32,000 nucleotides of DNA, from the NCBI GenBank assembly GCA_964497325.1, contig CAZCCM010000002.1, forward strand, positions 1 to 32,000, read 5' to 3'. Below the pieces are notes generated by a model. That model saw only the letters and a list, made by a program, of their open reading frames with translations, was not told the origin of the DNA and made no database searches. Made by a program: the position numbers and the translations under genes. The stretch comes from an uncultured Lachnospiraceae bacterium (GTDB lineage: Bacteria > Bacillota > Clostridia > TANB77 > CAG-508). Of the stretch, positions 24,225 to 31,485 are shown in pieces. The first letter of the stretch is position 1. Every line of letters starts with the position of its first letter.

Positions 24225-24320
24225 TTATGATTATATTTATATTTGTAGTTTTTTAATTTTATTTATGGTTTTTTATATTTATTTATGATTTTTTAATTTT
24301 TTTTATAATTTTATATTTTT
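24223..24320. repeat. Degenerate AT-rich tandem repeat, ~5 units of ~20 nt (ATTTATGRTTTTTTAWWTTT)
   Basis: ATTTATG/ATTTGTAG unit starts at 24223, 24241, 24261 and 24281, followed by a degenerate fifth unit. Confidence 0.6.
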
Positions 24321-24380
24321 ATTGCTGATACTCCCATTTCACGGTACATTTAATTAATAAAGAAGATACCTCTTTTTATT
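24321..24380 (-). repeat. Conserved 60-nt intergenic element, copy 2 of 3 (7 nt after the SbcC-like stop)
   Basis: Core CATTTCACGGTACATTTAATTAATAAA, with 2 mismatches to copy 3. Confidence 0.85.
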
Positions 24381-24387
24381 TTTTATA

Positions 24388-26295
24388 TTATCTCATCTCA
24401 ATATAATTATATTCTATATTAAATTGTTCCAAAACTTGTTTTTCTCTATCTGAACAAGTAAATAACAATACCTGTCTTTCTTCTACATTAACAAGATAAT
24501 TCAAAACATTTCTTAATCTATCATCATCATAGAATACAAATGTTTCATCTAAAAGAATAGGCATCTTCTCATCAGTTATCTCTTTTAATATGCTTAACCT
24601 TAAAGCAAAATTAATTTGTTCTATAGTACCTGTACTTAATTTTTCTAATTCAATATATTCACCTGTATTTAATTGAACCTTTATTTGTTGATCCTCTGAC
24701 AAAACTATACTCTTATACTCTCCATCAGTAATATTTTTAGTAATTTTAGAAAGGTTATTAACAAAACTAGGACTAATACTCTCTTTCATCTCTTCATAAG
24801 CATCATCTAATCCCGTTAATATAATATCATAAACTTTATTTAAATCATCTAAATTTCTCTTTTCTTCTTCTAACAGCTTTAATTTTTCTTCTAAAACAAC
24901 TAGTTTTTCCATTTTCGTATTTGCTATAACTTTTTTAGCATCAACTGTAGATAATTTAAACATAATTTGAGTATATTCAGAATCTACTTCTTTTTCTTCT
25001 TTGTTTAATTGTTCCAAGCTATAATCTAACATCCCTTGTAAACAATTATCTTCCAGACTACCACAAAATTCAGAAATAATATCTCTCTTAAAATTTTCTT
25101 CATCTTTTTCTTTCATCTTTTCAAGTTTAATTATCTCTTTTTCTTGCATCATAACTTCTTTACGAGTTGCATTTATTCCTCTTTCTATTTCCCTATTTTC
25201 TTCTTCCATTCTGTCATACTCATTATCAATATTACTTTTTTGTTTAAATGTAACAAATAGAAAAGCTAACAATGCCATTATAGGTACAGGTAATAGTGAA
25301 TATATAATTTTATTTAACTCTTTTGTTTTAAAAACTAATTCTATAAGTAAAAACACTAAAACTTCCAAGATTACAGATATAATACCTATAGCAAGATATA
25401 TCTTATTATTTTTCTTAAAAAATGATTCTTTTTTAAGAACATCATTTTTACTTTCTAATTTACTTCTAATATCATCTTGTTTTGTTTTAATACTTTCTTT
25501 AAAAGTATCAACTGTTTTTAAGCTTGATTCATTTAATATTTTATGTTCTTTTAATTTTGCAATTAATTTTCTCTTTAGATCTAATTCATTAAATTTCTTT
25601 CTAGTTTCCTTCTCTTCCTCACTAATACTACTCTTATCACTATGCTTTTCTTTAATATCTCTAATTTCTTGTCTAACACTTGATATCTTTTTTTCTACTT
25701 GATTAATTGGCATATTTTGTGTTTTTATTGTTCCAACCTCTTCACGCCTTTTATCTTGTATTTTCTTTTCTAATTTTTTATATGAAACATTATCTTCACC
25801 TGTTGAAATTAAATTACTAAGCTTTTGAACCATCTGAGTTTTATCTGATGAATTTAAAACTACAGAGTTTTGCATAGTATATGAAGAAAAAGCAAAAGAA
25901 GATTTATCGACTCCTGTCTGTTCTTCCATAAAACTTACACCTGTTTCTCTGTTAGTAGAATATTTTTTTGTAATATCATGATTTTTTGAATCTAAAACAA
26001 TAGTTTTTTTATTATTAAAATCTCTAAAAACTGTATATAATTCATTATTATCCAAATTATATTGAACAAAACCTGAAAATTCAGATGTATTCCAAGGCAT
26101 AAATCTTACATCATCTGAAATAACATCTTTTTTTCTAGTCTTTTGTATACCAAAAAAAATACTATTTAAAAAACCCATAATTGTAGATTTACCAGATTCA
26201 TTTTTACCTTGAATTAAATTAATAGAATCCGAAAATTTATATTCTTTATTTACAAGTTTACCAAAACCATTTATTTTAATGCCTTTTATCTTCAA
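24388..26295 (-). CDS. SbcC/Rad50-like (YhaN-type) ATPase with a central transmembrane hairpin
   Basis: 635 aa. TTG start with a GGGTGAG RBS. N-terminal Walker A GKNESGKST. Charged, coiled-coil-like arms. Two hydrophobic helices at ~aa 297-350. C-terminal signature-like LSTGT and Walker B ILLDETF. Confidence 0.8.
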   Translation of the reverse strand: MKIKGIKINGFGKLVNKEYKFSDSINLIQGKNESGKSTIMGFLNSIFFGIQKTRKKDVISDDVRFMPWNTSEFSGFVQYNLDNNELYTVFRDFNNKKTIVLDSKNHDITKKYSTNRETGVSFMEEQTGVDKSSFAFSSYTMQNSVVLNSSDKTQMVQKLSNLISTGEDNVSYKKLEKKIQDKRREEVGTIKTQNMPINQVEKKISSVRQEIRDIKEKHSDKSSISEEEKETRKKFNELDLKRKLIAKLKEHKILNESSLKTVDTFKESIKTKQDDIRSKLESKNDVLKKESFFKKNNKIYLAIGIISVILEVLVFLLIELVFKTKELNKIIYSLLPVPIMALLAFLFVTFKQKSNIDNEYDRMEEENREIERGINATRKEVMMQEKEIIKLEKMKEKDEENFKRDIISEFCGSLEDNCLQGMLDYSLEQLNKEEKEVDSEYTQIMFKLSTVDAKKVIANTKMEKLVVLEEKLKLLEEEKRNLDDLNKVYDIILTGLDDAYEEMKESISPSFVNNLSKITKNITDGEYKSIVLSEDQQIKVQLNTGEYIELEKLSTGTIEQINFALRLSILKEITDEKMPILLDETFVFYDDDRLRNVLNYLVNVEERQVLLFTCSDREKQVLEQFNIEYNYIEMR

Positions 26296-26307
26296 TTAAA
26301 TCTCACC

Positions 26308-27459
26308 CTACATACCTTTCATTTCTTCTAACACTATTTCTACTGCTTTGTATATTAATGATTGCTGTTTAGATATGTCTACAATAAGTTTTTCTTTTTC
26401 ACGAATAACATCTGGATCTGTTTCCTTCTGTAATCTTAATCTAATATCAGAAATACTGTTATCTAATTCTTTTATTTTATTCATATGATTTTTAACAAAT
26501 ATTCCTTTTAAATTAAACTCTTCTGATATTAGATCTAAATCCTCTGCAATTCGACTATTATCATATATTTTTATAATATTATTTTTTTCTATAAGTTCTT
26601 TTAATTTAATAATATTTACTTCAAAATTCTTTTCACCTTTAAGTATTATTTTTATAAAGTTCTCAGAATTTAAATCCATTTTATTAATATAATTAACTAA
26701 CTCTTCTTGTGACATAATATTTGTAATATCCAACTCAATTTCTTCATGCATCCTTTTGTCCAAAGGAACAAATTCCAAATTTAAAACTCCACCAAAAAAC
26801 TCTCCAACAACCATTCCATTTTGTTTGTTTCCACCAAACTTATATGACAAAATAGGTCCTGGATAAATAATTTTTGAAGTTTTATTAAAATTAGATTTGT
26901 GAATATGACCAAGCGCTACATAATCAAATGTTTTAGACTCAATTTCTCTTAAATTCATTGAATTATATCTTAATTCTTCTTTTGAACCATAGATATCTCC
27001 ATGCATAATAAGAATATTCTTTTTACCATTATTCTTTAACCTTATGCCTGAAATATTAAAAGGTTCTGAAACAAAATCAGTAAAACCATATCCATAAATA
27101 TTCACATCCTCATTTTCTATAACTTCAAAATCAGTAAAAATATGAACATTTTCTGGAAATTTAAAATTAGCATAAACCGAATTTTTTAAATATGGATCAT
27201 GATTTCCAGGAGTAATATATATTTTTGTTTTTGGAATTGTTGAAAAATATTTTATTATAGTATTTATAGTAGACTCTCTAATATACTCATGCTCATAAAA
27301 ATCACCAGCTATGAAAATATATTGAACATTCATAGTCTTTGCATAGTTAACTACTTCTTCAATTGCTTTTAATTGTTCTGTTCTTCTTGCATCACCATAT
27401 GGTCCAACATTATCAAATCTCATATCTAAATGAGTATCTGCTATATGTATAAATTTCAT
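26308..27459 (-). CDS. SbcD/Mre11-like metallophosphoesterase nuclease (YhaO-type DNA repair exonuclease)
   Basis: 383 aa with all calcineurin-like motifs in order: IADTHLD, AGDFYE, PGNHD, MHGD, LGHIH. Confidence 0.85.
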   Translation of the reverse strand: MKFIHIADTHLDMRFDNVGPYGDARRTEQLKAIEEVVNYAKTMNVQYIFIAGDFYEHEYIRESTINTIIKYFSTIPKTKIYITPGNHDPYLKNSVYANFKFPENVHIFTDFEVIENEDVNIYGYGFTDFVSEPFNISGIRLKNNGKKNILIMHGDIYGSKEELRYNSMNLREIESKTFDYVALGHIHKSNFNKTSKIIYPGPILSYKFGGNKQNGMVVGEFFGGVLNLEFVPLDKRMHEEIELDITNIMSQEELVNYINKMDLNSENFIKIILKGEKNFEVNIIKLKELIEKNNIIKIYDNSRIAEDLDLISEEFNLKGIFVKNHMNKIKELDNSISDIRLRLQKETDPDVIREKEKLIVDISKQQSLIYKAVEIVLEEMKGM

Positions 27460-27465
27460 TCTTAA

Positions 27466-29445
27466 TTATCCTTCTTTTGATTGTTTGTTTTCTTCATCAA
27501 TTTTTCCAAAAAGCTCATCAAACTTTGCTTCTAACTCTTTTTCTAAATCAAACTCTTCTTTATTCTTAAAACTAGCTATGTTATTTGTTTCTGTAACTAT
27601 AGTTTCTTTATCTTCTTTGCTTTCTTTTTCTTCAATATTATTAGGTTTTTGTTTTGCTACCTCTTTATTATCACTTACATTTTCTTCATCTTTAAACAAT
27701 TCCTCTAATCTTTCATTAACATCCTTAGAATTTTCTTTTTCATTTGGATTAAAAACTTTCCATTCTCCTCTATCTACAATATAATCATTATGATTTTCTT
27801 TATTAGAAGCTAAAAGAGATCTCATCTTTTTATCTGTATACCACATAGCTTTTTCTGCCTTAATAGGTTTAACTCCACTTTCATAAATAATACAATTAGA
27901 TTTTTCTAATCTTCTTAATTCATCAGGAGTCATTAAAACTCTAGCATAAATATTATCTGAATAAGTTTTAGATCTATCTTTTTCACCTTCTTCTTTTTCT
28001 GATCTTGAAATATTTTCTCTTGTTATAGTTTTTTCACCTAAGGCTTTAGAAAAATATTCTAAAGTTTTTTGAGAATTAGAACCTAAGAACAAATGTGTAT
28101 CACAATTTCCAACAATTGTTTCATGAGACTTTTCATAAACAGCTTCTAACTGATCCAAAGATTGTAATATTACCGAAAAAGAAATTCCTCTACTTCTAGA
28201 TGTAGATATTTTTTTATCAAAATCAGGTATTGCACCAATATTTGCAAACTCATCCAAAAAGAAATATGTTTTTACAGGAAGCGCACCACCACATTTATCT
28301 GCAAAATCATATAGTCTTTGTATCATTTGAGAGAAGAATAATGTTAATATAAAGTCATATGTTCCATGAGTATCAGATGAAATAACATATAATACTGTCT
28401 TTTTCTTACCTATTTCATCAAAATCTATTGTATTTGTTGATGTAAGACCAGCAATATCTTTAGGATCAAACTTACCCAATCTTGATTGTAATGTTGAAAG
28501 TATAGAACCAAAGGCCTTTTCTGGAGCTATTTCAACAGAAGAATAATTCTTTCTAGCAGGATGATCTGGAGGTAATTCATAAATTAAATCAGATAAAATA
28601 TTAATGTCTCCAGCTATATTTGCATTTCTAACTAATTCTGCTGCAGAAGCTAAATTTTGTTCCTCTTCAGGTCTTGCTGCAATCAAATAATATATCAAAG
28701 ATTTAAGTAAAATTTCTGCCATATCATCCCAATAAGGATCTTTAGATTCCCCACCTTGTCCCTTAACAATAGTGTGTGCAATAATATCAACATCTGCCTC
28801 TGAATTTATATTAACCAAAGGATTAAATCCATCACTATTTTCAGGTCTAACTAAATTTAAAACTTTAATATCATATCCATTTTTTCTAAAAAATCCAGCT
28901 GTATGCTCATATAGCTCTCCTTTAGGATCTGTGTACACATATGAACCATGAAGCAAGGTTGCATTTGGAGTAACATAAGAAGCAGATTTACCAGAACCAG
29001 AACCTCCAACTACAAGTACATTAGTATTTCCATATTTATCTAAAGGTAGGTATAAATTTTTAGCTAACAATATACCTTTATTTTTACTTAAAACTTTATA
29101 TTTTTCATTACCTGTCGCCCAGTCACCTGAACCCTGTTCAATTCCTTCATATCCTTGATCTCTATTACGTTGTATAATTGCAATTATAAGTAATGTCAAA
29201 AGAGCAACACCTAAAATACCCACTGTATAAAGATATATTTCCCTAACATCAGTTTTTAAACAATATTTTAAAGATTCAAAAGGTTTATTCCAAAACTTCT
29301 TATATATTGTACTAAAATTAACATTGAGTTTCTTTGCAAAATCATATGTTCTAATTAATGGTGGAAAGATTAATAACGATATTAAAATAAATACTGTTAC
29401 TACCCATATTACTGCTTTTAAATAAAATTTAGGTTTTTCATTCAT
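27466..29445 (-). CDS. VirD4/TraG-type type IV coupling protein (T4SS-DNA_transf family ATPase)
   Basis: 659 aa with two N-terminal TM helices, Walker A VVGGSGSGKS, Walker B YFFLDEFANIG, SVILQSLDQL and a long acidic C-terminal tail. Confidence 0.85.
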   Translation of the reverse strand: MNEKPKFYLKAVIWVVTVFILISLLIFPPLIRTYDFAKKLNVNFSTIYKKFWNKPFESLKYCLKTDVREIYLYTVGILGVALLTLLIIAIIQRNRDQGYEGIEQGSGDWATGNEKYKVLSKNKGILLAKNLYLPLDKYGNTNVLVVGGSGSGKSASYVTPNATLLHGSYVYTDPKGELYEHTAGFFRKNGYDIKVLNLVRPENSDGFNPLVNINSEADVDIIAHTIVKGQGGESKDPYWDDMAEILLKSLIYYLIAARPEEEQNLASAAELVRNANIAGDINILSDLIYELPPDHPARKNYSSVEIAPEKAFGSILSTLQSRLGKFDPKDIAGLTSTNTIDFDEIGKKKTVLYVISSDTHGTYDFILTLFFSQMIQRLYDFADKCGGALPVKTYFFLDEFANIGAIPDFDKKISTSRSRGISFSVILQSLDQLEAVYEKSHETIVGNCDTHLFLGSNSQKTLEYFSKALGEKTITRENISRSEKEEGEKDRSKTYSDNIYARVLMTPDELRRLEKSNCIIYESGVKPIKAEKAMWYTDKKMRSLLASNKENHNDYIVDRGEWKVFNPNEKENSKDVNERLEELFKDEENVSDNKEVAKQKPNNIEEKESKEDKETIVTETNNIASFKNKEEFDLEKELEAKFDELFGKIDEENKQSKEG

Positions 29446-29446
29446 A

Positions 29447-30097
29447 TTATATTTCCTTTTCTAAAGATGCATCTTTTAACTTCTGTTCTATGCACTTTCC
29501 AGAGTTAATTAATTCTATATATTTATCCACTCTTATTCTTTTAGCTTCTTCCTTACTTATATAAAGCTTTAAAATATTATTTTCGATTAATAATTGAGCT
29601 GCTCCTATCAATATTGACCTAAAAGCTTTATCTCTTAATTCTATTGTTACATATTTTTTACCGGCTTCTAAATTAACAATACCTTTCATCTCTCCAATAG
29701 AGTTAACATCAAAATCTGGCTCAACTTCATTTCCTGTTTCAATATCAATTATAAAAATTTTTCTTTCTACTGTTGGAGTATAATAGACTTCTACAGTCTC
29801 TGACTTTTTAGTTTCTATAAAATTTATTTTAGTTGAAACAGATGCTAATTTTAATATTCCTTTTGAATAAGTAGCAACATTAACAAACACTTGCTCTTTC
29901 ATTATTGATAATACAATAATATCTTTATCATTATTTGCATCTAAATAAAAGCTTCTTCTTATCTTATCACCTAAATTTTGTGACTTTGACTCTAACCTTT
30001 CTAATTTAGTATTTATTGTCCCCTCTTTAATTGGTTTGTCTATACTATACATTAGAGAAATTCTACCTTTAGGATCAACTAAATTAATAACTTTCAT
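29447..30097 (-). CDS. Hypothetical protein (216 aa, no recognisable domain), first gene of the four-gene operon
   Basis: AAAGGA RBS. Its stop codon is separated from the T4CP ATG by a single nucleotide. No TM helix or signal peptide. Confidence 0.6.
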   Translation of the reverse strand: MKVINLVDPKGRISLMYSIDKPIKEGTINTKLERLESKSQNLGDKIRRSFYLDANNDKDIIVLSIMKEQVFVNVATYSKGILKLASVSTKINFIETKKSETVEVYYTPTVERKIFIIDIETGNEVEPDFDVNSIGEMKGIVNLEAGKKYVTIELRDKAFRSILIGAAQLLIENNILKLYISKEEAKRIRVDKYIELINSGKCIEQKLKDASLEKEI

Positions 30098-30122
30098 ATT
30101 TTATCCTTTATATATTTTTTAT

Positions 30123-30182
30123 TTTGGCGGTACTCTCATTTTATGGTACATTTAATTAATAAATAATACGCCATTTTTTATT
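30123..30182 (-). repeat. Conserved 60-nt intergenic element, copy 3 of 3 (upstream of the four-gene operon)
   Basis: Core CATTTTATGGTACATTTAATTAATAAA. On the minus strand it contains TAAAAT (30138-30143), ~40 nt upstream of the ATG at 30097. Confidence 0.85.
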
Positions 30183-30185
30183 TTC

Positions 30186-30262
30186 TTATACTTTAATTTT
30201 TTATACTTTATTTTCTTATACTTTAATTTTTTTATACTTTAATTTTTTATACCTTTATTTTT
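30186..30262. repeat. Tandem repeat, 5 units of 15-16 nt (TTATACTTTAATTTT)
   Basis: TTATACTTTA at 30186, 30201, 30216 and 30232, and TTATACCTTTA at 30247. The last unit overlaps the 3' end of the AI-2E CDS. Confidence 0.8.
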
Positions 30263-31485
30263 CTTATTGTTGTTCCTTCTATTGTCTTATTGTCTTTTTT
30301 TTTAAGCTTAATACATATTTTTTTATCTAACAGTCTTTTTACTTTATTCTCTCTTATTTTATTATTTGTTGATTTATCAATTAAAGCCTTTATTGTTGTT
30401 AACACTGGAACGCCAAAGAACATGCCCCATACACCAAAATATGCTCCACCTATAGTAGTTGCTGCAATTACTAATATTCTACTAATTTTTAATTGTGTGC
30501 CTACTATTTTAGGTTGAATTATATTAGCATCAACTTGTTGTAATATTAAAATTACTATTCCAGCTTTAAATGCCAATACTGGTCCACTTGTTATAAGAGT
30601 CAAAGCTACAGCCAATATTCCTGCAGTAAGAGCTCCTATGAATGGAATTAAATTAAATAAACCTATTAAGAAACCTAGTAATACACCATATTTTACATCT
30701 AAAGATAGTAATGCAATAATCATTATAACACCAACAACAAAAGCATCTGTAAATTGAGAAACTATATACTTACTAAAAATATTATTAGCTGTTCTAATAG
30801 ATGTTAAAATTTTCATATAATTTTTTTTCTGAGTTCTTGCTTTTAAAAACCTTTTAAAATATATTGTTAATTCTTCACGATCAAATAATATATAGATTGA
30901 TATAATAAAAACTAAAACTAATTTAACTATAGATTTAATAGAATTTATAGCTCTATTAGTATAGCCTAACACTCTTTCTAAATTAAAATAATTTTCAATT
31001 TCTATCTTTAAATTTTCACTTGTTAATATATCTAGCTTTTCCATAACACTATCTGTTTTAAAATTCCCCAAAAAAGAATCAGCTGGAATACTATGTATAT
31101 AATTATTTATAGATTCAATATACTCTGGTATGTTTTTTATAATTTCAGTTAGACTGTTAAATATTATTGGAATTAAATATGCTAAGAATATACTTACAAC
31201 TACTAAAAATACTATACATACAACTCCAATACTTAATATTTTAGAAAAAGTAGGTGATTTAATATTTTTAAATACTTTGTTTTCTAAATAATTAGAAGGA
31301 AAATATAGTAGATAAGCTAACATTCCAGCAAAAATAAAAGGTTTAATTATTTCAAAAAACTTTCCTATAAATTCCATTGTAGTCGGTAAATTAGAAATTA
31401 ATCTATACAACAATAAAATAACAATACTAAATATTGCAATTTTTACAATTTGATTTTTATATTTTTTAAAAAAATTTGCTTCCAT
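30247..31485 (-). CDS. AI-2E family transporter (PerM/YhhT, UPF0118)
   Basis: 412 aa, ~8 TM segments, with the family-typical block LFNLIPFIGALTAG..ILQQVDANIIQPKIVG. GGAG RBS. Confidence 0.85.
   Translation of the reverse strand: MEANFFKKYKNQIVKIAIFSIVILLLYRLISNLPTTMEFIGKFFEIIKPFIFAGMLAYLLYFPSNYLENKVFKNIKSPTFSKILSIGVVCIVFLVVVSIFLAYLIPIIFNSLTEIIKNIPEYIESINNYIHSIPADSFLGNFKTDSVMEKLDILTSENLKIEIENYFNLERVLGYTNRAINSIKSIVKLVLVFIISIYILFDREELTIYFKRFLKARTQKKNYMKILTSIRTANNIFSKYIVSQFTDAFVVGVIMIIALLSLDVKYGVLLGFLIGLFNLIPFIGALTAGILAVALTLITSGPVLAFKAGIVILILQQVDANIIQPKIVGTQLKISRILVIAATTIGGAYFGVWGMFFGVPVLTTIKALIDKSTNNKIRENKVKRLLDKKICIKLKKKDNKTIEGTTIRKIKV

Noticed and set aside
24223-24320. Possible CRISPR array (also 30186-30262)
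   Set aside because: The units are only 15-20 nt, contiguous with no unique spacers, and degenerate. There are no cas genes in the window.
24388-30097. Integrative conjugative element or plasmid remnant
   Set aside because: Only the coupling protein is conjugation-like. No relaxase, VirB4, integrase or oriT was seen, and the T4CP is translationally coupled to the SbcCD-like genes. I treat the region as a distinct operon, although a decayed ICE origin cannot be excluded from one window.
30123-30182. 60-nt element as a dif/Xer recombination site
   Set aside because: It lacks the two ~11-nt arms with ATAA-6 nt-TTAT symmetry typical of dif. Three copies in 32 kb is also incompatible with a single chromosomal dif.
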